From the NCBI GenBank assembly GCA_023515725.1, contig JALDTO010000266.1:233345-297344 (forward strand): a DNA stretch of 64,000 bases. The letters are read 5' to 3'. The position numbers and the translations under genes were made by a program. The first letter of the stretch is position 1. Each line of letters starts with the position of its first letter. Shown in pieces: positions 27,956 to 41,007 of the stretch. Source of the DNA: Amoeboaphelidium protococcarum X5. Taxonomy: Eukaryota > Fungi > Aphelidiomycota. Below the pieces are notes generated by a model. That model saw nothing but the letters and a program-made list of their open reading frames with translations, was not told where the DNA came from and made no database searches.

Positions 27956-29209
27956 ATGACTGAACATGGATTGAGTACTGCTTTAAATAGAGCCACATTT
28001 GCGGATTAAAGTGAACATTGGATTGAAGAAGCTCGCCATCTAATTAATGGCGGGTCCACTTAACAATAATTATTGGATTGGCTGAAATAGAAGCATAATA
28101 TTTAAATGTCCTTAAGGACTTTGCAATCGATTTTGTCGCAGCATTAAATTGGAACGAGACATTGTGCGCTATCTCCTGTCGAAGTTTTGGATTTAGTGCA
28201 TGTTGTAAATCAGGATGAAGGTGAAAGATTGGGAATTAGATCAACTACATAAGTCCTTCGTGAACTATCAGGCCAATAAGTATCTCGAGACATGGTTATG
28301 GTTTGCTAAAGATTCGACAATCCAGAGGCTGTGTAAATGCGTAAAAGGCGCAAGTTGAAACGCCGTGAATATTAAAATGATGGTCCTAATTAAGTGTGGC
28401 ATATAGATGGCTTCGATAAGCTGTCGTAGTTTGGCTTTGGAATAAGTGCGTGTGTAGATGGTTTTAGTAGGTATGTTGTGTTTAGTATGGTCGCAGATAC
28501 GAATAGGCCCGCGCGTTACATACTGGAATATTTTCTGGATGCGGCTGACAAATGCAATGTTATGCCTGGAAAAGTTCGTGTTGATGGCGGAACTGAGAAC
28601 AATTACATCAAGTAATTGCAAGAAATATTGGTAGGTGAGAACTCTTATATTGTGGGTTCATCCAATTTCAATACGCGTATAGAAAGTTACTGGGGCAGAT
28701 AGAATCATTATGGGCTTGAATATTGGATAGGAACGCTGAACAATCTTCACTTTGCAGGTTATTTTAATACCACGCTTTATTCTCATAAGACAATTTCTCA
28801 GTATTGTTTTGGACATTATATCGCTGAGTGTTTAGATAAAATTACCACCTTGTGGAATTACCATAAGATTCGAAATCAAGGACAGCCCATCATGCGTTAT
28901 CAAGTTCCCGAGATGTTTGATGGAGTAGAATGTGGTTTGGAGCCTCCTCAAGACATGCGTGATATGGCTATTCAATTGTTTGGACCAAGTACTATAGATA
29001 TGAATGATAGGTTTAGAATTAATTACGCTAGGCATCTTATTGATGAAGTTGTTATAGAGAAAGGTTTTGATCAACTTACCTTTGACAATTGTCAAGATGT
29101 GTTCAAGGCTTTAGTGTCCGATGGCGATCTCGTAAGCGCGCTGGATGCATTTAGAGATTAATTGTTGATAGCAGAATAGTAAGTGAGAGGGTAGGAAATT
29201 GCTTAGTGA
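27956..29209 (+). mobile_element. Intact integrase-core DDE transposase, IS3EU-like (417 aa)
   Basis: KRREYQNDGPNQVWHIDGFDKL, CVDGFSR, PGKVRVDGGTEN, GSSNFNTRIESYW, WNYHKIR. Possible terminus TACGG at 27858. Confidence 0.8.
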
Positions 29210-29294
29210 AGAATGGTCTGAATAATTAAAAATTTCTTATTGCTATTACTATCTTTACGTACTCATTGTTAACTCCACCAGAGCTACTAAATAC

Positions 29295-31310
29295 TCAATC
29301 CTCAGTCAAAGTTGGCAATTTCTTCTACGCAGCATTTTTAGCACGCGTATTAGGTCTTCTGCTAGACGGACGTATGTTTTTAACAATAGGATCCACCAAC
29401 TTAATCTTAGATTTCTCCTTTACTATCTGCAAATCCTGAGTGGCTTGATTATTAACTTCTACCTGTTTAGACACAGAAGTTATGGAGACATCCGACTTCA
29501 ATGATGTCTTCTACTATCCAAGAGGATTAGGAGCGGCCTATGCTGGAGATCCAAACACAGTGGACTCGAATTTATCCATTAAGAGAGAATCTTCCATAAT
29601 CTTCTCCATTACTAAAGACGGAATGGTCGCGACATCTAAATGCAAAGCCTTGCAAATCTAATTGCACTAGTGCATAACGAAGAACTTCACAATTGCTGGT
29701 AAACCCATATTGCCAATACTGCAATCGGTGCCATTGACAGTGCACACCTAAAGATCTGTAAAGTGACACTTAGAGCCTTGAATATCAACTATCATTTACT
29801 CGTAGTTCTCCTTCTCAAACCAATAATAGGAGTAATGGGCAAAAGCCCAGGCCACTTCTTCACGAAAGTTCTCCTCATAAGTCTGATCATCATCACAAAT
29901 TTGCATAAAATGCTCGTTGTCGATATACTTCACAAATTGGCCATCTACGAAGGGTTCAACTGTCCATATCTTTGCTAGATCCACCATATCACCAAATTCC
30001 TCATTTTATTTGTCTCTAATCTCCAGCATCACGCCAGCACAAACTCCACGCTACTCACCAGCAACCTATAGATATTCTTAACCCAGCAGCGTCTTAATCA
30101 ATTCCGCGTCAAAATCTAGGAAGCACCTTTGAGCGCAAACAGAGTTTAATATTTCCCTAGCATGTAATCCATAATCATCGTCATCCTTATCAATTGCGCA
30201 CTTAAAGACTACTGGCAGATCTGGAAAAAACTTGACCAGAGATCCATTATAGTAGCATCTTTTTATATTCCCTTTGTTAGTCTTTCCTGCCAGATCTGGC
30301 ATTCCAACTACTCCTGGATCCTCAGTGAACCAGGAGCCTGTTTCATAGTCGTAGACATGCACAACCACACTGCCTTACAAGGAGCGCGTATTTTTTATTA
30401 CACGCTGAGGGGACACCTTGGAAATGTTTTCAAACTAGCAAAACTTATTCTTATGTTCAATCTAACTATTTCTCGCAACATTTGAACTGACAGGTATGAT
30501 CGTAGACTCCTGCGCAGATTTGATCTTTTTGACAGGCTTGACAGGTTGAATAATAGGCTCATCTAAAGTACGCGTCGGTTCAACAATTTCAAAATCATCC
30601 TTATCCTGCATCTTCTCATCTGGCAAACCATACTAGTAATCAAAGTCCTCGACATTCAAAAAATTCAGCTACTGTAGAGACTCATAGTTTCTCTTTAAAC
30701 TAGGATGCAATTACACGCGATTGCTTTCAACCAACGGAATCAAATATAGCACCTTATCCTTATTAGAGGTATACTTACATCCTGCCAATTGAATATTCTG
30801 GGTCCATTATATTACGTCAAAATCAACTCCAAATTAGGGGATTTGGTGGATTTGACTTTGTCCAATTGACGATTGCTCAACTTGATAGTGAAACAATGCA
30901 CAAGCTTATGCTAAGACAGATTGATAATTGTCATTATACTTGTCAATCTAAATCATCTATGGGCCAACATTTTCCAGACGCTTAAATTATCCAACCTTTG
31001 ATCCTGAAATACAAGGGACAATGCTAATTTGCACCAGCGCGTTTTTACGCGTCAAACCTCTATTTCCACTACCAGGACCGTTTCTATGAACAGGGGGCGG
31101 CGGCTTAGTCTGGTATCCACTGTGCAATCTATTTACCATTGACTCGGTTCTTGTCTGCACCGCAAGCTTTTTCTTTTACTCAAATTGCATTTGTGAATGC
31201 ATCAACTAGGCTTGCGCCTATTGCCAAGATTTACATCCAGCACAATGACAGTCCTCCCTTTTGAGTCCGGACGAATTGGGACATAACACATCTTACAACG
31301 GATTAAACAT
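29295..31310 (-). CDS. Alpha-kinase (eEF2K/MHCK fold), intronless, 671 aa
   Basis: KGNIKRCY, VVFK, WTVEPFVDGQFVKY, AFAHYSY, MIVDIQG, FTDLQV, GNMG..KFFVMHQCNQICKALHL. Confidence 0.85.
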
Positions 31311-32536
31311 GCTTGATACTGATTCTATTCAAAAGACACTAGGATATAGATATCAACTAAAGAGATTGCGTATATTTGTCGCGTTTTAGTTATCTGAACT
31401 ATGAGAGCTGTTATTAATAATATGATTGCGTAAGATCTTAGAGTGGCGTAAGGGGGGTGGCGCAGCAAGTAATGACAACACTACGGCGTCCCAATGCTGC
31501 ATTGCTTATACCTGTATGCTTATCTCGCAAATAAGATTGTACGTTGTTAAAAAGTAGTTTAGTGAATAGTGTGTAAGAGATAATAAAGTATCATTCAGTA
31601 TCAAAACAATTTATCACAAATAATCGCTTACTTACTGTTAAATTGCAAGCGCCAGTTTCGAGATTAACGCATCAAGCAATCAGTTGTGACAAAGATCGAG
31701 CAACCACTACTCACAAACAGTTTGCAAATTTTTGCTTGAGGTTTGGTGCATATATTTCTTTACTAGAGAAGCGGAGCAAATACTGCTATATTAAAAATCT
31801 TGAGATATTTACACCAATACTGCTGCAGTTGCGCAAGTTGCACATTAAAGTAAAGCAACACACACACGGTGCATGACTAATACATTTGATTTTGCAGCAT
31901 GATATAAATAAGAAAGTAATCACAAAAATTAATCAATTTGTTAAGTCGCATTCGCGTATTACAAGTGCAAAAACGTTATGTATTAATGTGAGGCACTGAT
32001 TGCGGCTCTCGAACATTAAAAACAAAAACAGTTGTAAGAAACAAATATTCGTTTCTGCTTTTTAAATAGCGACGCGCTTTTGCGGCTCTCGGATTCCGTA
32101 TCAATGCCAGCGATGCCAGAGATGAAAACAAATTGCGCAATCAGAGTGCAAACCACCAGAATGAACATACGTTATGATGAAATTATGCGCGACTATAGTT
32201 TACAATACGAGGAGTAGAGCAAAGCAATATAAATAATTGCTTAAATAATCTCGGCTTATATTATGCTTGAAGAGGCGCCCTTGAAGTACCCCTTTCACAC
32301 GTAATCATTCAGTCCTCTCTTTTGGGCGAAGAGAATCGCTAAAAGCTTCTTCTTCGCTCGTCGTTATTTCCAGCAAAGAAGGATCTGCGCGCGTTTTCAC
32401 TTGGTCTTCAAGGCGCGTTCGCTTTCAGAACCGTCCTTTTAATACTTTTATTTCATTACCGAAGTTTGTGATTATTATATCACTTTCAAATAATCTCAGT
32501 TCAAATTTAAAGCATCATAGACTCTATTTAATTAGT

Positions 32537-32929
32537 ATGAATCAATTTACGCCAGTTAATCCAAAGCCGTTCCTCTCAGATCTGGTGAATGATCGCGTCC
32601 AAGTAAAGTTAAAGTGGGGCATGCTGTACGAAGGTTAGCTGAAATCATTTGACTCGTACATGAATATTCGATTAGCGGAATGTGATGAGTATTTCCTCGA
32701 TAACACTAAATCTACCTAGTAATAGTAATAATAGTAAGAATCTAATAATAAAGAGGGAGCCGCTGTTGAATGGATCAGTAATGGCCATTTGGGGGACGTG
32801 TTGATTAGGTGTAATAACGTGTTGTGGATCAGGAAAGCATCATCAATTAAAGATTTGGCTGCCAGTGGTGCAGATATGGACTAAGATTAAGAGGAAGAAG
32901 ATGCAGAAGAGAATTAATTAGATGAGTGA
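32537..32929 (+). CDS. SNRPF: Sm protein F
   Basis: PVNPKPFL, VKLKWGM.YEG.L..FDSYMN, LGDVLIRCNNVLWIR. Confidence 0.92.
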
Positions 32930-32974
32930 GATTATGTATAATAAAAACAGTCTTCCAGGTACATCAAGATATTA

Positions 32975-34495
32975 TCATTCTTGGATTTGAGGAGATTACG
33001 CAGGAGATTATGACTTTTAGGTAGTTGCATACAATATTCCAATGTTATGAGCAATAGTTTTTGCCGCCTTTCCCATATTAATAGCAGTGTCTGCATCTTC
33101 TTGAGTGACAATATCTTGCGACATATCTTCAGGTGATGATTGTGACATTTAATCAACCAGTTCTCTCAGTAAAACTGCATTCTTACATAGAATATCATTA
33201 ATGGAGCCACCATCCTAACAACTGTATTCTTACAAAATATCTGACACCACTTCTTAACTACTATCATTGTCCTCCTGCATAGTGTGAGCAGCTGATCGTA
33301 AGAAATCTAAGCGCGTACTTTGTATTTCATACGGTGCCTGACGCAGTACCATTTCTGCTTACATCAACTGCTATCTAATCTCGATCAATTGACAAATCTA
33401 CAATTCAGGCTATGGAGTATCATTCAACAGATTACTTATGAACGTGTCGAATCCATGAGTCAACTAATCAAGCCACTTCTACGTTGCTTTAAATGTACCG
33501 ATTCCAATATTAAATTATCTCAACGATTGACAGTAGGCAAAAGCTTGTAAATCACCGTATATAACACTAATAAGATCATTCAACTAATCGCGATAATCCT
33601 CTGGGAATTCCGTGGAATGAGATCCAATCATGCTCTATTAATTATCCGTCAGATTAAGCGCGTCATAAGGACCAAAGTTGAAATAGGATGAATTATATTA
33701 CAAATCCTCAACATTATCAGCTTCATTGGGAGCTTTACTTGATTAAGAAACATCTTGAGTTGAAGTCGTACGATAAGGAGACTTTGAATGCTTATAAGGA
33801 TAACTCATTCCACACAGAGCCAATCGATAGTAATCTTAATCATTGTTTATAATCATGGAACCATCATCCAGATGTGTATAGACTTTAGGCTGCATTTCGT
33901 AATTTACACGTTTCTTATTCCTCTTTGGTCTATCATATTAACTCTAATCTTGCTGCATAGATCCAGATCGACTTTAATCGTCACCACCAATAACTGATAT
34001 AGACCGCCTATCAGTGAACGATGACTGCTATGATTAAACTAATTACTACTACTGCTACTACTTTTATGACAAAGAGTGTGAACTACTCTATCGCTACTGC
34101 TAAGCATTCAGCATCTTCTACTTCAAATCATCCTCTTCTTATTTAGTCATCAATTTCCCTTTATGACGCCCAAGTGTCAGATCTCCATACGCTTTCAACT
34201 TCTTGGCCTATTTATGGTATATCGTCTTGGGTGCATTATAGATCATTGCATTGTCACATATGAGATGGAAATCATTTATAAACTCCTCGAAATTATTGTA
34301 TTACCGGGCATCCAGCTTCCTCTGCATCTGATTAAAAGACATAGGAGTCTTGATGACGGTCAGGTAATCCTGTACAAGTGTAGTGTCCACATCTTCAATG
34401 AACAACTGGTAATCATCCTTCTTTATCAGCAACTTGATCAACCCACTCAACGTATCATACAATGGTTTCTTTTACAATTTTATTTTGATCTTCAT
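32975..34495 (-). CDS. BRD7/BRD9-like bromodomain protein
   Basis: KDDYQLF..DYLTVIKTPMSF..FHLICDNAMIYNAPKTIY; later YFNFGPY..ISVIYGD. 506-aa frame. Confidence 0.8.
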
Positions 34496-34739
34496 ACAAG
34501 AATTACACAGTGGATTATCAGTTAATATACAATAATAATTGATGAGGAGAAATGTACTATAAGAGTTGATTAATCAAGGTGTTAATTTAAAGTGTTGTTG
34601 AAAAAGAAAAGGAAACGAATTTTAAATTTCATCGTTCTGTAACGCTTTGCTTTTCTTCAGTCTGAACTTTGACCATAAGCGCAATTTAATTGCTACGATC
34701 GTCTGAACTCTTAGTGGAGAGATTAAAAGTATCTATAGT

Positions 34740-36740
34740 ATGGATTTCAAGCGGTTTGTGTAAAAGGCTCTGGATAATGTGGAGAGTAGACTGGATAAAG
34801 TGCTGGACATTAAAGCGATTCCTGCCGCTGATGGTAATGCTCTTCTTGGGAATACACTGTAGTCATAATCAATTTAATAATAACAACAATAAAAATAATA
34901 ATAATAATCGCTTATGGACTTTGATGGCTTTGCTCAGTTCGTACCCTCTGCATAATCATAGAGTAGTTAGATAGTTGCTGATATTAGGGATGATAATGTT
35001 AATTCTGAGCCAGCGAGTGATTCTCTTGATAAATCTTTACCGTAAGAGCAGCCATTGTCTTTGGATAGAGATGCTACTTAGGCTACGGAATCTGCGCATC
35101 AAGATGTACCCTCTTTGAATACTGATAAGAGCGATATTGAGTAGAATGCTGTTGATGAAAATGTTGAATCTGCACAAGATGAGCGCGTTGATACGGAGGT
35201 GGGCTACTCTCAAGAGCTACCTGAATGTGAACAGATTGATCCGATTCAAGTTTAAACTAAAGAAAATATGGAAAGCAAGTAACAAGAACTGTATGATAAT
35301 ATTGAGAGATTGAAGCGAATAGTCGCCGAGAGAGAATCGCAGTTGGAAAGTGCTTAGCTTTAGATTGCGTAGCTGAGAAGTGCATAGGCGGATGATGATC
35401 AAGTAGAAGCTCTGAAGCGAGAGGCTGAGAAGATTTCGACACTTAATGCCAAGTTGACAACTGCGTATAAAAAGTTGAGAGAGAAGGATGTGTAGAGTAC
35501 TGCTTAGATTGAAAAGTTGAGCAAGTAGGTGGAGGATTAGAAGGTTCAAGTTTCATCTCTGCAAAATTAAATCTCATTGTTGGAATAGTCCAAGTTGGAT
35601 TATACGAGGAATGTTGTAGATTTAGAAGCAAACGTTAAAGATCTCGAGTAAAAGTATCAATCGGCAGAAGCTTTACTGAAAGATGTAAACTATCAACTTT
35701 AGGACTCTAAAGATCAGATTAAGAATCTATAAGAGGAGATTGACTCTTTGAATCAACAATCTGCAACTGCTGGCGACAGTGCTTTGAAAGAGAAATCTGA
35801 GGAATATGAAGCAATTATTAAAGATTTGAATTCCTAAGTGTCGTAATACAGATAAGAACTAAAATAGATATAGAGTAGAAGTTAAAAGTAAATAGAGTCT
35901 TTGCAGTAGAATATAATGTCTTTATAGTAGGAGAATGGCGTTCGAGAAGATGCTTTCTAAGTGGAAGCTGATTCTCTTATGAATCGGTTGGCCATCAGTC
36001 AGTCTGAAGCTGAAGACTTGCGGGCTGAACTTCAGTCGCTGGAAGGCCCACGTGTTATTGAGGTGGAAAATGTGCGACTCGAACATTAAAGGCAATAGAA
36101 TGAGTTGCGGGATGTTATTAGTAAGTTGGAGAAGGAAGTTGAACGCCTCGCCGATTAATTATCCTAATCCTCTGAACAGTATACCGAGTTGTAATAGAGA
36201 TTTGATACTCTTTAGTAATAGTATGATGAATGCAAGTAGGATCTGTAAAAATCGCGTGAAGTTATACAGAGTAATGATGAGACAATTCTGCAACTTAAGT
36301 CAGAACTAAAGTTGTTAGCTGACGAAAATATAGAATTGAAGTAAGAGATTGAGTCCAGCACTGCTAATTTCACGTCATAGATCGAAATTCTGAAGGAGTA
36401 AGTAGAAAATCTTTAGAATAATTAATTCTCTAAATAAGAGCGCCGAAAGTCTAGTCTTGTTGCTGGTGGTAGTACTGAATTTGAAGATTTCTAGAATCCG
36501 GGAATTGATCGTGAAAGTGGAGAATTGGATCACAGTACTTAGTTACAACAGCAGTAGTCTTAAGCGTTTAAGAATCTTGAGTAATAGTACAATCTAGCTC
36601 TAGAGCTTGTGGGGGAGAAAACGGAGCGCATTGAAGAATTATAGGCTGATATAGAGGATATGAAAGTTGCATACAGAACTCAACTAAATGACCTCATAGA
36701 TCAACTGCAAGAGCTAAAATCATTAAATCAGAATTAATGA
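34740..36740 (+). CDS. TMF1: TMF1/Sgm1 golgin
   Basis: N-terminal ALDNVESRLDKVLD, long coiled coil, C-terminal ALELVGEKTERIEELQADIEDMKVAYRTQL. Confidence 0.85.
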
Positions 36741-36810
36741 CAATGTTTATTACCAGGTTCATTCAGACTTAAATAAATATATGCATTACAATTTAATATT
36801 GATATAATGT

Positions 36811-37980
36811 TCATATAGACACTTTAAAAGTTCTTCGTCTTTTACTGAGCGACACACTACCCAACTCCTGACTTATTTTCTACTCTTCCACCTTCTATCG
36901 GCTTGATGTAGATGCTTAAGACTACTGCGCCGACTACTCGCCTTATTACTGAACGATTATTTGCCCCAGAAGACCATCGGTGAAAGGCATATACGTCATC
37001 AGTTCCAACTAAGGCAACTAGATTTATGCATTCTCAATATGGCCAGCTATTGCCAATTCATCGGCAGTCTATACAAGATTCTCCACTAGAAGCTTCTGAT
37101 TAGAGGCATTTGCTGGATTAGAAATAGCCATACGCGTTCTAAATAGCCGTTTTTGCGTATCGTGAACTACAGCAGACTATCTTTCAACCGGCATACCATA
37201 TTTTAACGCAAGTTGTTGTTCGTGCCAACCCAATATGGATTTGACTTCTTAGTGCAGCAGTTACTTTTGATGATTAATCTCTTTGATCCACAGGCGCTCC
37301 AAATCATCGAGTTTCTGCAGCATTTACTACTCAACTTGAACAATTTCCGATTGAAATGACTGCAAATTATTGGATATTTGAGACACTCTCCCAATCTCTT
37401 GTCCTAAGCTAGAAAGCATTCTCCTACTAGCAACATCAAAACTTACTGCAGCTTGTGCATCATGCACCTATTCACACTCCAATTAGCATTGAGCACATGC
37501 AGGAGCGCGACATTCCATACAAAAATGGGTGCACATCATGTCGTTGTGTGCCTCACAGAACACCATCTTGTCAAGCCATTCGCCAATTCCAGTCGCTGTA
37601 AAGTTCTACCTAACCGTAGAGGTAAGCGCATCCAGGTTAAACTAGCCAGATTTGTCGGCACTCTACTACCATTCTTGCCTGCAAATTGGACATTTCACCT
37701 TGACTTTCCGTCTCTGTGCAGTCCGAGCCTCAGTTATAGCCTGCGTGAACAATTATTGGACACACTTGTGACAGAGCGAGTGATCGCAGTTGAGCATTCG
37801 ATCAGCGACGCCATTCAGACAGATGGGACACTCTACCGATTTCTTTATAGCCTCCATTGACTGAAACCTGAAAGGGGACCATTGCTGGCTCGAACTGTTA
37901 TGTATTGCTCCTGCTGAAACGACTGACGATCGCGACGGAGATTCATTTCCATCCCCGCCTTCAAACTTTCTCTTTTACAT
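36811..37980 (-). CDS. RING-B-box-coiled-coil (TRIM-like) protein, 389 aa
   Basis: CPIC..CDHSLCHKC..CPIC RING; RQNF; CEAH..FCMECRAPACAQC..H B-box; then heptad-rich helix. Confidence 0.75.
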
Positions 37981-38433
37981 CCTTTTGATATCTGAAACGC
38001 CTCTTTTACAATGCAGTTCTATTTGAAATGTTCAGTGATAAATAGATACAAACTATTGGTATTACTATGGTTCTTAACAAGGTAAAATTTAAACTCAGAG
38101 TATGGATTACCTCTGATGAAATACCTTAGGAACGAAAGTAGCACTGTTTGATCTACCGTTGCTCCGAGGCTGCGGCTGACTGTTGTTCATTCACGTTGTT
38201 TCATCTCGCGCCATCTTGACGCTGTTTCAGCCAGCCAGACAACAGTTGTTTTCTTCTGTAAACGATTGATACACTTTAGGGAATTTCTTGTGGCGCCTCT
38301 GCTTATCAACCAACCACTCAGTCAAACACTCACTCTATCATTATAAATATCGATCGTATGGTAACCTTTCTGTGATTTGTCTGTTTATATAGAATCTGTA
38401 TTTATCATCATCAACAATACATATATCGTAATA

Positions 38434-40877
38434 ATGTAGAGTAATTTTAAGGATTCTATAGACTTTATCAATCAGAAGCTGGGATTGAAGTTGACCACCG
38501 GTTAAAGTGAAGTGCACAAAGCATTGAAGGATGGAGTTGTATTATGCTAGTAAGTATCGTTAACCTCTTACTGTTATATATCTGACATTAAGTGTTCGCC
38601 TTAATATCTGTAGGTTGATTAATGCTTTATCACCTGGTTGCATTTAGAGAATTAGTACTAAGCCTCTTCCATTTCTGCAGATTGAGAATATCAACAACTT
38701 TATTGATGCCTGCAGATCTTGTGATGTTGGTCTGAATGAATTGTTTGAGGCTCAAGATTTGTTTAAAGGCTAATCTTTGGATAAGGTAAAAAATGTTTTG
38801 TATTGTTAACAGTATTTTAAATGTGGTTGATTAATCTTTTGATATTTCTTACCGTTTGTAGGTGAATGAGACTATAATTGCTTTAAAGAGGCAGGTGGAG
38901 AGTGGTAAAGTGCCAAACAGAGATTCGCTGTAGAAGCCTAGTAAACGGTCCAGTATGGTCGTGGAGATGAAGCACTCCAAGTCAAAGAATATGAAATTGC
39001 CCAATGCTGCAGAACCATCGCCAAACTTTCCACGACTGACGGTGGAAGGTTAAGAGCAGTCTGCCGCACATGATTCTACCGGCTCTTTGGAAGCTGATGA
39101 AATTGCATCCAGTTCAAAGTAGAAGAGATTGATGAGCAATTAGGATGCATCTAGAGCATTTGTCGAAAAATTATTGGGCAAGAAGTTTGAATCGACTTCC
39201 TTTTAGAATGATCTTCGTGATGGTGTTGTGCTGTGTCAGCTAATGAACATTCTATCTCCAGACTCCGTGAAGGATATTAATATGACTGCTCAGCCGTATC
39301 AGTAGATGGAGAACATTTACAGATTTGTCGAGGCTGCAAAAGTGTATGGAGTCAAGTAGTCTGAACTGTTTCAAACGAGCGATTTGTATGAGGGTCGTGA
39401 CTTTCCGCAAGTTTTGGTGACTTTGGCGTCTTTGTAGAGGATTCACAAGGCTTAATAGTAGTAGTAGTAGTTACAGGTATAAAGTAAGTCAGTTGTGACG
39501 AGATCCACCTTCAGCGATTCTCCATAGTTGAGTGTGAATAGCAGCAGCACTAATATGAATAATAAGCAAAGGCCTAAAAGCCAACATGGATCCTCTGTTG
39601 GGCCACGTATGAACCAGTAGAATTCAGTAGAGTCTTTTGATACCGATGCCAAAGGATTAAGATTGAGTGTTGTGCAGACTGGTGTTAATGAGACCACAGG
39701 CGAACAGTATGAAGATTCTCTTGACTATTAGCTTGGTGATTGTATTGGACGTGGACAATTCGGCTCTGTGTACCGAGCTTTGGAGCTGGGTAGTGGGTCG
39801 ATATTTGCCATTAAACGTGTGAAATTGGATCAGTCCACCAAAGCTGAGTATGCTTCTGTTATGAAAGAAGTGGATCTATTAAAGTCGCTATCACATCCAA
39901 ATATTGTCAAGTACGAAGGAATAGTCATCAATGGTGGATATCTGAACATTATTTTGGAGTTTGTTGAAAACGGTTCACTCTATCACACTATGAAGTAGTT
40001 TGGTGCGTTCCCCGAAAAATTGGTTTTGTATTACACTTTCGGTATGTTGGAAGGACTTGCATATTTGCACGACAAGGGTGTGGTTCATTGTGATTTGAAA
40101 GCTGCTAACATTCTGACTACAAAGACTGGTGTTATCAAGCTAGGAGATTTTGGTGTGAGTAAAGAGTTGAGATTCGACCAAGGAGATACTTCTGTCGCAG
40201 GAACTCCCAATTGGATGGCTCCTGAGATTATTGAGCTGAAGGGAGCATCCCCAGCATCTGATATATGGTCGCTTGCGTGCACAATAGTCGAGCTGCTCAC
40301 CACTCATCCGCCGTATTTCGGATTTAATGCCATGACTGCACTGTTTAAAATTGTGGAAGATGACTGTCCGCCACTGCCTGAGAATATCTCTCCAGAATTA
40401 AAGAATTTCCTTCAGCAATGCTTTAATAAATAGGCTGCCGGTCGACCAAGTGCCAAATAATTGCTCAATCATGAATGGTTATAGAAGGGCAAGAACGGAA
40501 AGAACACTGTACGCATGTCGCCAAGCTAATCTGTCCCAGTCTCTCCGGCTATGGTGTCCGGTATGTAGCAGTTATCCATTTCCCCGCCTCCTAAATTTTG
40601 GTAGGATAATTCCGCACCAGTCTCACCAGCCATTTAAAAAGAGGCGCCATATCCTGTGGCGAATTCTATCCAGTCCAGAACTGATGGCAAACAAGAGAAG
40701 CCACTACAGCAGTTACAACAGCAATAGGAAATTACTACGGCGGCAACTTCGCAGACTGCTCCTAGAAGAAATTCAAAGTCTGCATCAAGTGAACTAGGAG
40801 GCAAGAAGAAGCCAAAGTTGTAGAAGTCGAAGGGCGAAAGTAAGAAGAAGGATGATTCCAAGTGTGTGCTTTGTTAA
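38434..40877 (+). CDS. Tandem calponin-homology + Cdc15/SepH-like STE kinase with polybasic CAAX tail (two introns; stop at TAA 40875 or TGA 40974)
   Basis: [14 protein letters not shown] and [17 protein letters not shown] (CH domains); [35 protein letters not shown]; [11 protein letters not shown]. Confidence 0.85.
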
Positions 40878-41007
40878 GCGTGTTAAATAAACGAAATTTT
40901 GTAAGACTTTTTGTTGACGCGCTTTACTCTCTTCAGCTTGTTGTTTCGTCACAAAACGATAAAATTGTTGCGTTGATTACTATTATAAAAAAGTTGCCTT
41001 AATAATA

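Noticed and set aside
32715-39480. TAA/TAG/CAG microsatellites as repeat arrays or CRISPR
   Set aside because: They are coding poly-Gln tracts with no repeat-spacer structure.
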